From positions 1 through 64,000 of the forward strand of contig NW_024055446.1 of assembly GCF_902713615.1 (NCBI RefSeq): a stretch of 64,000 nt of DNA, written 5' to 3'. This DNA comes from Scyliorhinus canicula (Eukaryota). The translations under genes and the position numbers were made by a program. The notes beneath the pieces are model-generated. The model was not told the DNA's origin, made no database searches, and saw only the letters and a list, made by a program, of their open reading frames with translations. Of this stretch, positions 24,760 to 37,425 are shown in pieces (position 1 is the stretch's first letter; each line of letters opens with the position of its first letter).

Positions 24760-26260
24760 AAATACACAGACAGATAAACAGACACAGACACTACACACAC
24801 ATGCCCACAGACCCAGAAACACACACTCTCACAAGTAGACACAAACACACACATAGAAACACATGCACAAACATACACCCAGGCACAACGGACACATATT
24901 TTGACACAAAAACACACGCAAATGTGCACAAAAATTCACAAGCATGCACATAAACACAAAAAGCACATGTTTAGAAACACACAAACACAATTCCGCACAC
25001 ACAAGTGGGTACACGCATGTATACAGACATATACAACCACATGTCCACACAGATACACAGACATATACAACCAGACAAGCAGGCTGACAGAAGAATATGA
25101 AACAGAAATGTAACCAATAACATGTAAATTAGCAGAATTTCACGATGACAGAAATATTTCCATTCAAACAGAGACAATAATCCACACTAACGGACACACG
25201 TAGATACATATTAGCTGACTCGTACACACGCTAACACGAACACATATGAATATACATAGAGTCATCAACACACATCAATAGATAGTTATAATCAAACATC
25301 AACGCATAAATAGCACCACTGCCACACAGCGCCATAATCCTGGGTTCAATTCCAGCCTTGAGTGATTGTCTGTGTGGAGTTCCCACGTTCTGCCGGGGTC
25401 GTTCCTTTCCTCCGCGTGCTCTCGTTTCCTCCCACAGTCCAAAGATGTGCAGGTTCGGTGGATTGGCCAGGCTATATTACCCCTTAGTGCCCACAACATT
25501 AGTTGGGATTACGGGGTTCTCGGCAAAGGGCAGGGGCATGCGTCCAGGCAGAGTGCTCTTTCGGAGGGTCGGTGCAGACACAATGGGCCGAATGGCCTCG
25601 TTCGGCACAATACGGATTATATATTTTTTAAAATTTAGATTACCCAATTTTTTTTTCCAATTAAGGGGCAATTTAGCGTGGCCAATCCTACTCTGCACAT
25701 TTTTGGGTTGTGGGGGCAAAACCCACGCAGACACGGGGAGAATGTGCAAACTCCACACGGACAGTGACCCAGACCGGGATCGAACCTGGGACCTCAGCGC
25801 CGTGAGGCGGTTGTGCTAACCACGAGGCCACCGTGCTGCCCATAGGGATTATATTTAATGATGATTCTATGATGAAATACACGCATCAACAAACACACAC
25901 ACACAAACGCACTTATCCAGACACAAACATTAAGACACTGACATGCATGTTGAACGTATAAAGACACATTAACACTTTTATTACTGGGCAGGGAAGTATA
26001 AACTTTATTAACACAGGCATTAATAATAAACATAGACTTCAACATACAAACACACACAAAAAAACACTCATATATACACATTAACAGAAGATAAACAAAG
26101 TTCACACAGGCGCTGACACAGATACACAGATCAATACTCCTTGACACATGAACACACACAATGACACTTATAAAGACATCGGGACACACAAAAGAAGAGT
26201 AAAGAAACACGAATTTCGCATCCACACAGACACAAAAGCTAAAGAACAAACACAAACGTC
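24760..26260. repeat. CA-rich low-complexity tract interrupted by two SINEs
   Basis: ACAC/AC-rich composition. Confidence 0.7.
25313..25841. mobile_element. Two tail-to-tail V-SINEs (+ ~25313-25612, - ~25620-25841)
   Basis: V-domain cores in opposite orientations. Confidence 0.8.
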
Positions 26261-26266
26261 AGGCAA

Positions 26267-26465
26267 GGGCGGCACGGTGGCATAGTGGTTAGCACTGCTG
26301 CCTCACGCCACCATGGACCTGGGGTTGATCCCGCTCCTGGGTCTCTGTCCCAGTGGACTTTCCCAGTGACCTGCGGGTCTCACGCCGACAACCCAAAATG
26401 TGCAGGGTAGGTGGATTGGTAGGTGGATTGGCCATGTTAAATTGCCCCTTAATTGGAAGAAAAAA
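26267..26465 (+). mobile_element. V-SINE
   Basis: GGGCGGCACGGTGGCATAGTGGTTAGCACTGCTGCCTCAC head. Confidence 0.8.
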
Positions 26466-26627
26466 GTTACAGAGATCGATTTCCGAGTGTCATGAACTCA
26501 ACAGTAGAGAGGCAACGACAAATATATTAAAGAATGAATTAGCAGCGGGAGAAAATGAAACGAGAATATTAAAAAGCATATCCTAGATTAATAAACAAAC
26601 TAATTATATTTGGCTCGATCCTCGTAG

Positions 26628-26754
26628 ATACCACAGACCACACTGGACTGAAGACAATGAGGATGATAACGGCAACATCTGGACAACCGCTTCCACATTC
26701 ATCACCCTGTTCTTCCTGAGCATTTCCTACAGCGCTGCAGTCACTCTGGTGAAG
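26628..26754 (+). CDS. IGHM: IgM TM1 exon (DTTDH?WTEDNEDDNGNIWTTASTFITLFFLSISYSAAVTLVK); 1-nt frameshift at ~26643
   Basis: CART transmembrane motif, AG at 26626-27, GTGAGA at 26755. The exon is 127 nt where 128 is needed. Confidence 0.92.
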
Positions 26755-26893
26755 GTGAGAAGATTCAATCCACTCACACTTCAAACTGACAGAAGCTGTT
26801 TAAAACATCTCTAAATGTTTGATTGATTAAAAACTCTAACATCAATGTCCCAGATCATAAACATCTGCTTCATCATTTCTCTCTCTTTTACAG

Positions 26894-26902
26894 ATCAAGT
26901 GA
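26894..26902 (+). CDS. IGHM: IgM TM2 exon (IK*)
   Basis: TTTTACAG|ATC AAG TGA. Confidence 0.9.
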   Translation: MK

Positions 26903-27305
26903 TCGGTTGACGTTCGGACGTTGTAGATTTCCCTCAGCTGTTATTATGATCTGTGTGTGACAGAAATACAATATCTCCTCTTGGTGACTCGAACAGTAAA
27001 ATTCTCTCAGTTTATTATTCTGCATCTGTAACTGAGACAATCATGGACAGTATTTCTGCTTTTCAGTTTAAAATGTACGCGATAATTTTGACTGTAATGT
27101 AATTGTAGCTAATAATTTCTTTCAATGTCATGTCTAAATAAATAACTTACCTCGTACCTTATTTACAACAGTTGCCTTCTTTTTATGTTGAGCTCCTGTT
27201 CTCTCTTGGTCTGTTACAGTTGTACATACATTTGGCAGCTCAGAGGGCGTGTGTTCTGTTCTCACTGTGACCCTCAATCGTTATGTTCCCTTTTGTAAAC
27301 ATCAA

Positions 27306-27311
27306 AATAAA
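27306..27311 (+). terminator. Likely membrane-form polyA signal (alternative at 27137-27142)
   Basis: AATAAA followed by a T/GT-rich stretch. Confidence 0.55.
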
Positions 27312-27724
27312 CTTTTGTGCTATATTTTCTCTGAAATTTTAAAAAATATTGAATGAAAAATGAAGAAAACAAGTCTAATCTGAACTCCTTTCTCTCAGGT
27401 CCATCGGCAGCGCGCCATTTCCCCGATTATACCGTTTTCTCCCCTTTCCCAGACAGATATTTCTCACCAGTCCTGTCGGGGTGTCTGAACTCAAGGCCCC
27501 TCAGTGAAAGAGCCGCTGCGCCACCAAGCGGCCCATCCGGGTTAAGTCACCTTCACCTTTGCCTTTTTATGGTAAACTCCAGAGACAGAATGATTGCACA
27601 GCTGAAGAATTCCACAGATTCACTACCCTCTGATGGAAGAAATGTCTCCTCACCTCTGTCCTAAATTTGAGACCTCTTACTCTGAGATTATGCCCTCTGG
27701 TCCCAGACTGTCCCACAAGAGGAA

Positions 27725-27875
27725 ACGATGATTTTTCAGGCTGTGTAACTGGTTAAAGCTCTTTCCACAGTCAGTTCACTGGAACACTCCGCTCAGATGT
27801 GTGTGGGTCTCGGGGCTTTTCCAGTCACACTGATGTTTGAAATCGCTTCCCACAGTCAGAACAGACAAACACATT
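27725..27875 (-). pseudogene. Remnant of the 5' part of a C2H2-ZNF exon
   Basis: The reverse complement aligns with 33490-33600 (GACTGTGGAAAGAGCTTTAACCAGTTACACAGCCTGAAAAA). Confidence 0.65.
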
Positions 27876-28157
27876 GACAGTTTGTGATATGTAGGTCCTA
27901 ATGAATTGAGTCAGATCTTGATGTTATATTTGGTTCGAGTTGCCCAGCTGCCAAATCTCCAGTTCTAATGCCTGAAAAGAAGTTTTGAACCAGAATATTG
28001 TCCCCAGTGTCTCTGAAACACTCTGTCCGCTGAGCAATCCACTGGTTGTGGAAGGTGTCACGCATTCCGGTGGATGCCACATGCTCCCTCTGCAAGACCA
28101 CTGGGAATAGACAAGACCACAGAACAGAAGTCGGCAGCCAGAGTAACCGCCCACCCC

Positions 28158-28432
28158 CTAATAATAATAATCTTTATTGTCACAAGTAGGCTTACATTAA
28201 CACTGCAATGAAGTTACTGTGAAAAGCCCCTCGTCACCACACTCCGGCGCATGGTTGGGTCACAGAGGGAGCATTCAGAATGTTCAATTCACAGCACGTC
28301 TTTCGGGACTTGTGGGAGCAAACCGGAGCCCGGAGGAAACCCACGGGGAGAAAGTGCAGACTCCACACAGACAGTGACCCAAGGGCATCGAATCTGGGAC
28401 CCTGAAACTGTGAAGCAACAGTGCTACCCTAC
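28158..28432 (-). mobile_element. V-SINE (ATAATA-tail subfamily)
   Basis: AATAATAATCTTTATTGTCACAAGTAGGC tail and core. Confidence 0.75.
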
Positions 28433-29044
28433 CCCACCCAGCTACAATGCACTGTTTTAACCAGACTCAAAGTAGATTCAAGATGTCACACTCAGCACAA
28501 GAATATTAGATATTATAGACTGTCAGATCCACAAACTCTGCCAAAGAGGCTGCAAATTAACAGGTTACTGTGGACATTAAACTGTGGGCAATATTCGATG
28601 CTGTGACCAATACTTAGTTAAATACGGACCTGAATAAGGAAACTTTGCAGCCACCTGTGAAGTTTAAATATGTCGTTGTGTCAGGATGAACCAGCATTTG
28701 AGGAATATGAAATCTCGGGACTGTTGGTCTCCAAGTGCCGTATTGAACACAGGAGAATGACCTTGAATTGGGACAGAGATGAGCGTGAGTGAGCATCGTA
28801 AACTGCTATTGTATTGGGGTGTTCTAGGCCCCAAAGTTTTAACCCTGTAGTTAATTGTCAGGGATGCAGTATAATAAACCCTGAACAAAGCAAATGTGTG
28901 TGTGAGAAGCAGCTGAAGCACCAGGAACCAGTTGAACGAGCAGAGCTGAATGTCTCCCAGTGCAGCCACAGGACTGAACTTATTCCAGCTTCCAAGTCCA
29001 CCTCAGACCCAACCTCCTGGCTATTCATCTACAAGAACGTTTGA

Positions 29045-29450
29045 GGACTTTGGGTCTGTACTCGTTGGGTTTAGAAGGATGAGAGGGGATCTTATTGAAA
29101 CTTACAAGATACTGCGAGGCCTGGATAGAGTGAACATGAAGAGGATGTTTCCACTTGCAGCAAAAAATAGAACCAGAGGACACCATCTCAGACTACAGGG
29201 ACGATGCTTTAAAACAGATGAGGAGGAATTTCTTCAGCCAGAGGGTGGTGAATCGTGGAACACTTTGCCGCAGAAGGCTGTGGCGTCCAATTCACTGAGT
29301 GTCTTTAATGTTCTTTATTAATAAGGGGATCACGGATTATGGGGAGAAGGCAGGGGAATGGGGATGAAACAATATAAACCATGATTGAATGGAGGAGCTG
29401 AGTCGATGGGCCAAATGACCTCATTCTGCTCCTATGCCTTATGGTCTTAT
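29045..29450 (+). mobile_element. CR1 LINE 3' end
   Basis: RRMRGDLIETYKILRGLDRVN...RGHHLRLQG. Confidence 0.85.
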
Positions 29451-30014
29451 AAGGAGCTTCAGAGACTCATGAGAATTTGCTTTTAAAAACGCTTCACTCC
29501 AACTAAAGGATCGGCTCAATAAGAAGACATCAGACCTGCAGCGATATAAAGATTGCAGTCTACATTCCATTTTCATCATCACAGCTTCAACTTGATCTGT
29601 ACCTAATTTCTGTGTCTGTGTCAGTGAGTGAAAGAGCCGAGGAGACTTAGATGCTCAAACATCCAGGGAAAGGTTGTGAAAATAAATAACCTTTATTCCT
29701 TTAAGAATCACCAGTAAGCCTGCTGCTGAACTGTATTTTAAATAAAGAAATATCACGCTGAGGGTCAGAAAATATCACACAAACATCCTGATAATGGACG
29801 GGAAAGGACCACGAAATGTAATCACCCGTTGTATAACCCCCTTCAGGTAGCTATATAGAGGCTGCAACCTCTCACACTGAATGTCTACGTGATCCATAGA
29901 CACCTCCAGGCTACAAACATCAGCTGCAGCCTGGGAGTGAGTGAAAGATCTTAAAAACCCCTTGGCTTGTATGGGCCCGGTCACTAGGACCCGGCTGGAA
30001 ACAGAAACCTTCAG

Positions 30015-30095
30015 GTCCCGCCCACCAGCTGTTGCATCACCAAGACGCCAGCGCATGCGCTCTGCTTCCCCGGTGAACCAAGATGGCGGTTGAGA
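30015..30095 (+). promoter_or_regulatory. Housekeeping-type promoter, probably of the ZNF gene at 33.7 kb
   Basis: GC box CCCGCCC (~30017), perfect NRF1 site GCGCATGCGC (30051-60), YY1 site CAAGATGGCGG (30079-89), candidate donor GTAAGG at 30269. Confidence 0.65.
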
Positions 30096-30442
30096 AGCAG
30101 GGCCTGGTCCCGGGACAGAGAGCTGACTGGCGGTGATGTGACCTGAGGATCACCTCACCTCAGGCAAGGGGCCAGGTTGGGAAGGCGGTGCTTCAGGATA
30201 ACTGGGAAGGTGATGTTTGGTCAGTTGCTGCAGTCTGTGTAGTGAAGGTGCTGTCACAGTGGTGTGAGGTAAGGAAGTACAGGATTATCACCCAGCAATG
30301 ATGAATTAAGGGGAATGTAAATCCAGCTCAGGCTGCTTTCAGATTGGAAAGGCAGCTAAGGTGTGTCCTTAGAGCTGGTGAATGTTGTGGCTTTGCCAGT
30401 TTCTCTGTAAAGTCCTCTCATTCATTCCCTCTCTTAGTAGTA

Positions 30443-31035
30443 GGGCAGTTGGGTAGCATGGTGGTTAGCATAAATGCTTCACAGCTCCAGGGTCCCAGGT
30501 TCGATTCCCGGCTGGGTCACTGTCTGTGTGGAGCCTGCACGTCCTCCCCCTGTGTGCGTGGGTTTCCTCCAGGTGCTCCGGTTTCCTCCCACAGTCCAAA
30601 GATGTGCAGGTTAGGATTGGCCATGCTAAATTGCCCGTAGTGTCCTAATAAAAAATAAGGTTATGGCTCGGCACAACATTGAGGGCCGAAGGGCCTGTTC
30701 TGTGCTGTACTGTTCTATGTTCTATGTACAGCACAGATAGAGGCCCTTTGGCCCATTCATAATAATCTTTAATATTAGTGTCACAAGTAGGTTTACATTA
30801 ACACTGAAGTTGCTGTAAAAATCCCCCACTCGCCTGTTCAGGTACGCCGAGGAAGAATTCAAAATGTCCAATTCATCTAACAAGCTCATCTTTCCGGACT
30901 TGTTGGAGGAAATCGGAGCACCTGGAGGAAACCCACGCAGACATGGGGAGAAAGTGCAGACTCCGAAGCCGGGAATCGACCCCAAGTCCCTGATGCTGTG
31001 AAGCAACAGTGCTAACCACTATGCTACCGTGTCGC
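30443..31035. mobile_element. Two tail-to-tail V-SINEs (+ 30443-30726, - ~30760-31035)
   Basis: Cores and tails of both subfamilies. Confidence 0.8.
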
Positions 31036-31044
31036 CCAGAAGAT

Positions 31045-31530
31045 TATTAGATTACTAATTCTGGATGAATTGTGTCCCAGGATGCTGTGGGAGGTGAGGG
31101 AGAGATTGCAGTGGCTCTTACCCAAAGATTTAACCATAAATTCGGCCTGTGATCCGTAGAATTTAGAAGGTTAAGGTGTGATCTGATTGAAGTATTTAAG
31201 ATATTAACAGGGAAAGACAGGGTAGATAAAGATAAACTATTTCCACTGGTTGGAGATTCCAAAAGTAGGGATCATTGTCTAAAAATTAGGGCTTGACCGT
31301 TCAGGAGAGATGTTCGGAAGAACTTCTTCACACACAGGGTGGGAGAGGTTTGAAACTCTTTCCCACAAACAGCAGGTGAAGTTGCATCAGTTGTTAAGTT
31401 TAAATCTGAGGTAGAGTTTTGTTAAGCAAAGATATTAATGGATATGGAGTTAGATCACAGATCAGCCATGATCTCACTAAATGGCAGGACAGACTCGAGG
31501 GGCTGAATGGCCTACTCCTGTCCCTATGTG
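31045..31530 (+). mobile_element. CR1 LINE 3' fragment
   Basis: RRLRCDLIEVFKILTGKDRVDKDKLFPLVG-like translation. Confidence 0.75.
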
Positions 31531-31565
31531 TATTTCTGTAATTCTGAAATACAGACAATATGACA

Positions 31566-31790
31566 GGGGCAGCACGGTGGCGCAGTGGGTTAGCCTTGCA
31601 GCCTCACGGCGCCGAGGACCCAGGTTCGATCCCGGCTCAGGGTCACTGTCCGTGTGGAGTTTGCACATTCTCCCCATGTCTGCATGGGTTTGGCCCCACA
31701 ACCCAAAAATGTGCAGGCTAGGTGGATTGGCCACACTAAATTGCCCCTTAATTGGAAAAAAAATGAATTGGGTACACTAAATTTAAAAAG
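31566..31790 (+). mobile_element. V-SINE
   Basis: GGGCAGCACGGTGGCGCAGTGGGTTAGC head. Confidence 0.85.
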
Positions 31791-31869
31791 ATAGTATCCA
31801 TGACAGGGAAAGAGTTCGGATTAGAACCTGAGTTAGTCCGAGCTGCAAACACCCTCCAGATCCTGGCCC

Positions 31870-32560
31870 TTCATGGATTTAATGAAGGCCAAGGCGATAG
31901 TGGATTATTGAAAGACTTGATGGAGTTGTTGGATACCATTTTTTGGGTCTCAGGATAAAGCATGACGTAATTCACGACCCACAGGCTTGAGCTGCCTTGA
32001 ACTTCATCGAAGCCTCGACGCTTCGTTTGTGTTGCTGACGAAAGTCCTGAATCGTCCCTCTCTCCTGGAGCCAGATGCCACCTCACCGTTCCCTCTCCAG
32101 GACATTCTGGCGATCTTTCCAGTTGTGGAAGTGAATGATTATAGGCCTGGGATGAAAACTATCCCTCAGCCTCAGAGACAGGATACGATACATCCTTTCC
32201 AATTTGAAACACCCAGGCTTCACATCCAGCTTGCGAAAACGTGGCTTCCGGTCCTCGAAGAACTAACGGGAGCCTTACCATCCACACCTTCTGACAGGCC
32301 GTCAACTCGGATGTTCTTTCTCTGACACTCGGTTCTCCAAATCCTCTAGGACCTCCGCCAGCCACTCGGCTGGTTCTCAAAGGATTGAATTCTTGCCTCC
32401 GTTGAGGAGGCATCTTGCTGAATGTTCAGGATTCTCTCCTCCGGATCATCGAGCCTCTTCCTGGTGTTTGCAGCTGGGCCTCATGAGCTCACAGATATTG
32501 AGTCAGCACACTCCGCCTCTGGTCAGTAACACGGATAATGTCGGCAGTCATCATTTTCGC
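31870..32560 (-). mobile_element. Degenerate L1-clade ORF1p fragment
   Basis: Across frameshifts it reads LEDLENR..RKNIRVDGLSEG, LER.YR, PRPIIIHFHNWKDRQNVLE, QDFSSATQTKRRGFDEV, MLYPET. Confidence 0.65.
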
Positions 32561-33682
32561 CACCTCTTGAGAGAGCCCCACAGAGTGCGGGATTGTGAGA
32601 CCTCCTGAGGGTCAGGCCGCATTGTTGAAAAGGCGGCTTCATTCCCGCTGAATCCACCTGCGCTGTTTTATCAGCCATTTCTTCACTTTTTACAGCATAA
32701 TCCTTCCAGACCGAACCCTGAAGTCTTCCAGGGACATGATAACAAATATTAATTCAAGGATTAGGTAGATGAGTGCCAGGCAATCAGGATAAGTGACAGA
32801 TCATAGGTCAGTGGCACAGAACCTGCGGAAAACAAGCTAATCCCATTCGGTGGGAGGGATTTCTTCACTCGAGGATATGGTGAAGCTTTGGAATTCTCTA
32901 CCTCCGAGGATTGTGCAGCTTCAGTCGTCAAGTATGTTCAAGACACAGATTGACAAGTTTCTGGATATTGAAGATGTCGAGGGATATGGGGATAAAGTGG
33001 GAAAACGGTGCTGAGCTAGATCGGCTAAGGATCCCATTGAATGGTTCAGCTTCAATGGGCCGAATGGCCGACTGCAACTCCTATTTGTTATGATCTCCTG
33101 GACAGGAAGCTGTGAGCTTGGATCTGTCAATCAACATGAATCAGCACCTTCAGGAGAATTGGGAGGGTGAATATTAGATACAGCAGAGTGAGAATGGAGG
33201 GAGATTGTGTGGGATGGAGATTTACAGCTTTCGGGGAATAAGATAGAGGAAACAATGTGACATAGAAACTAGCATTGTCCTGAGTTTCAATCCTGTACTG
33301 ACAGTGACGAATTTTGTAAATTGTTTCTTCCAGGATATTAGACAAGGAGGAATTACAGACAGAAATCTCAAATGTTACGTCCCGATCTGACAGCCACTCC
33401 CTTCCTTGGAACCTGAATACCATCGGGCTTTCAATCTAGAAGGAGAAATGTTTACCCGGACTGTTAGCTAAACATTTCAACCATTAGTGCGACTGGAAAA
33501 GCACCGAGACCCACACAACACACACCCGAGTGAGAGAGTTCCAGAGAACTGACTGTGGAAAGAGCTTTAACCAGTTACACAGCCTGAAAAACACAACCTT
33601 CAGAGTGAGGAGAGACCATACCTGTGTTGTGGATGAGGCTTCAACTGATTGTCCAACCTGCAGAGATGAGGAGACCCAAAAC

Positions 33683-34500
33683 ATGGAGAAACCGTGGAAA
33701 TGTAGGGATTGTGGGAAGGGATTCAGAGTCCCATCTCAGCTGGAAATTCATCAACGCAGTCACACTGGGGAGAGGCCATTCACCTGCTCGAAGTGTGGGA
33801 AGGGATTTACTCAGTTCTCCAGTCTGCAGAAACATCAGCGAGTTCACACTGGGGAGAGGCCATTCACCTGCTCAAAGTGTGGGAAGGGATTTACTCAGTT
33901 CTCCAGTCTGCAGACACATCAGCGAGTTCACACTGGGGAGAAGCCATTCACCTGCTCCCAGTGTGGGAAGGGATTTACTCAATTATATCACCTTCAGAGA
34001 CACCTGCGAGTTCACACTGGAGAGAGGCCGTTCACCTGCTCTCAGTGTGGGAAAGGATTTGCTGAAGTATCCAACCTGCAGTCACACCAGCGAGTTCACA
34101 CTGGGGAGAGGCCGTTCACCTGCTCTGAGTGTGGGAAAGGATTTACTCAATTATCTCACCTGCGGACACACCAGCGAGTTCACACTGGGGAGAGGCCGTT
34201 CACCTGCTCTCAATGTGGGAAAGGATTTGCTGAAGTATCCAACCTGCGGAGACACCAGCGAGTTCAGAATGGGGAGAGACCATTCACCTGCTTTCAGTGT
34301 GGGAACGGATTCACTCGGTTATCTCACCTGCGGACACACCAGCGAGTTCACACTGGGGAGAGGCCATTGATCTGCTCTCAGTGTGGGAAAGGATTTACTC
34401 GTTTATCCACCTGCGGAGACACCAGCGAATTCACACTGGGGAGACGCCGTCCACCTCTCACTGTGAGATGGGATTGCATGTTTCATCGCACCTGCTGTGA
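33683..34500 (+). CDS. C2H2 zinc-finger gene, ~9 fingers (MEKPWKCRDCGKGF...TGERPF linkers); finger 7 His>Gln; 1-nt deletion in finger 9 (~34407)
   Basis: Tandem CxxC..HxxxH motifs. The provided ORF runs off into non-finger sequence after TTATCCAC; candidate acceptor at ~33333. Confidence 0.88.
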
Positions 34501-35229
34501 CACCAACAATTTCACAATCGATTACAGGGGTTGGATTCGGCTGTTATTGTTCCTGCTCTATATCCAGGACTGCATTTTGTTCATTCTGACAGGTGGTCAG
34601 TGGGGATGGTTGGAGGGTTTCTTTCTGCTGGACTGGCCGGTCTCACCACTTTGCCTCCAGTCGGCTGATTCTCTTTGAGCTTTGTTGCTAATACCTGGTT
34701 TCAAATTGCACAAGGATCTCCGAGTGAAAGGGTGTTTGGTAGTGTGAAGATATTTAGTTTCCATTTCTGTTTCAAACCCTCCAAGCATGCCATGTTGCCA
34801 TGGAGATGGGCCCTGGTGGTTACCTGGTTTTGTTTAAGTTATCTGGGTGTTCCTCACATAAGAAAACTATCAGGGTATGAGCGGCAAGTTGTCTGAGGTG
34901 GATTGGGAAACTGATTGGTACAGGGAATACCTAATGTTTAAGAAATTATTACATATTTATCAGGGGGTCGGTCAGCTCAGTTGGCTGGACGGCTGGTTCG
35001 TGATGCAGAGTGAGGCCAACAGTGAGGATTCAACTCCCGTATTAGCTGAGTTGATTCATGAAGGCCCGCCCTTCTCAACCAGGCCCCTCGCCTGAGGTGT
35101 GCTGACCCTCGGGTTAAATCACCTCCAGTCAGTTCTCTCTCTGTCAAAGGGGAGAGCAGCCTATGCTCCTCTGGGATTTTTGCAACTTTTATTTCACATA
35201 AATACAACAAATATAGATTCCTTTAAAGA

Positions 35230-36890
35230 ATAAAAATCCAACAGGAAAAGTGATGGAACCATGGCTAACAAGAAAAGTTAAAGATTCATGAGATCCATTA
35301 GAATTCAGCAAAGGAGGACCAAGAAACTGATGAGAGCAAACTGGTGAGAAACATAAAAACCGACTGGAAAAGCTTTGACAGGAATGTGAAAAGGAAAAGA
35401 TTAGCAAAGAACAATGTGGGTCCATTCCAGGCAGAGACAGGAGAGTTTATAATGGGGAGTAAGGAAATGGCAGAGAAACTGAACAATGTGTGTCTGTCTT
35501 CACGGAGGAAGATGCAAAAATTTCCCGAAAACCCGAGAGACCCAAGGGGCTCGTGAGCACAAGGAACAGTAAGAGATGAGAATTAGTGAAAAAGTAGTAC
35601 TGGAGAAATTAATGGGGTTGGAAGTGAATAAATCCCCAAAAGCTGATGATCCACATACCAGAGTGCTGAACGAGGTGGCTGTAGAGATCTGTATTCCTCA
35701 TTCTAAATTCTCCTGACTCTATCTGGAATGGACAAACTTTTCCTTTTTACGTACCTATAGAAACCTTTACCATCCATTTTTATGTAATTTGCTGTTTCAC
35801 ATTCATATTCTATTCTCCCTCGGTGTCTTGGTCCTTTGCTCTATTATAAAATCGTCCCAATCCTCAGGTTTATTCCTATTTCTGATAACTTTATCAGCCT
35901 TTTCTTTCAATCTTTTACAAAACTTCACTTCCTCTGGTAGTCAGTTCTCTGACCTTTTGGGGTTCTTGTGCTCTGAAGGAAAGTAAACTGTGTAATAATT
36001 ATTGAAAGTCTATCCATTGCCTGTGGACTGTCATATTTAATGTATTTACCCCAATCCTCCTCAGCTAATTTGTCCCTTCAACCTTTCAGGGGCTGGTTTA
36101 GCTCACAAGGCTAAATCGCTGGCTTATAAAGCAGACCAAGCAGGCCAGCAGCACGGTTCGATTCCCTTACCAGCCTCCCCGGACAGGCGCCGGAATGTGC
36201 CGACTAGGGGCTTTTCACAGTAACTTCATTGAAGCCTACTCGTGACAATAAGCGATTTTCATTTTCATTTCATAACTTCCTTCAAGCTTAGTACCCTGGC
36301 TTCAGATTGGAATACCTCATATTCAATATTCTGGTCACTCATCCCTAAAGGTTGTTTTCAGCGCGATTATCAATTAGCCCTTTATCATTGCATCATACTA
36401 GATCTACAAGAGCCTGTTCTCTAGTCGGTTCCTCAACATACTGCTGTAGATAACTGTCCCTAACACACTCCAAAAACTTGTCCTCCACAGCATCAGTGTC
36501 CATTAAGTTTACCCAGTCTATGTGCAGATTGAGTCACCCGTTAATGTTTTACCCATGCTACATCCTTCTCTAATCTCCGATTAATACCTTGTACCACACA
36601 ACCCGTACTGTTTGGTGGCCTATAACAGCTCTTACCAATGTTTCCTGCCCCTGTTTCTTGAATCCACCCAAACATATTCCACGTTTTGTATTCCTGATCT
36701 GAGATCCACCCTTACTAATGTTGATGCTGTCCCTTATTATCTGAGCAACGCCACCTGCTTTTCCTTTTTGCCTGCATCATCAGCAAACTAAGCGACCATA
36801 CCTTTGGTACTGTCATCAAAGTCATTGATATAAATTGTAAAACGTTGAGGCTCCAGCACTGATGGATGTGACACATCACTCATTACATCT
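35230..36890. mobile_element. Mixed CR1 LINE fragments (+ 35230-35690; - 35700-36000 and 36300-36890) with a tRNA-derived SINE at ~36087-36278
   Basis: KTDWKSFDRNVKRKRLAKNNVGPFQAETGEFIMGSKEMAEKLN; the SINE family is mirrored at 44555-44735. Confidence 0.65.
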
Positions 36891-37119
36891 TGCCCACCAG
36901 AAAATGGCCTATTTGTGCCTCCTCTCTGTTTTCTGGCAGCTGGCTAATCTTTCACTGTGAAAGACAGTTCTGGGATTAAAGGCTGCCTGACTGTGAAAAG
37001 AACGCAAGTAAATCCTGGGGAATGACTCATTACTTCGGACTGGTTCTGAGATAATTCAGTTTCGACTTGCAGGGCAAAGTAACTATAATCGTGCAGTTCG
37101 AATTTAGATTGCGTAACTG

Positions 37120-37425
37120 TGGTATGGTAGCACAGTGGTTAGCACTGGTGCTTCACAGTGCCAGGGCGCCAGGTTCAATTCCCACTTGAGCCACTGTTGT
37201 ACAGTCTGCATGTTCTCCCTGTGTCTGTGTGGGTTTCCTCCGGATGCTCCGGTTTCCTCCCACAAGTCCCGAAAGGTGTGCTTGTTAGATGAATTTGGCA
37301 TCCGGAATTCTCCCTCTGTGTACTCAAACAGGTGCCGGACTGTGGCAACTAGGGGCTTTTCACAGTATCTTCATTGCAGTGTTAATGTCAGCCTACTTGT
37401 GACGATAATAAAGATTATTATTATT
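37120..37425 (+). mobile_element. V-SINE (ATAATA-tail subfamily)
   Basis: Core GGGTTTCCTCCGGATGCTCCGGTTTCCTCCCACAAGTCC. Confidence 0.8.

Noticed and set aside
6488-26902. IgW, IgNAR or germline-joined (IgM1gj-type) cluster
   Set aside because: Four C exons with an IgM-type tailpiece and TM, a conventional VH with CDR2, and all RSS intact and unrearranged.
33530-34678. 382-aa ORF as the true ZNF protein
   Set aside because: The N-terminal 51 aa are decayed finger-like sequence before MEKPWKC, and the C-terminus is out-of-frame read-through after the deletion at ~34407.
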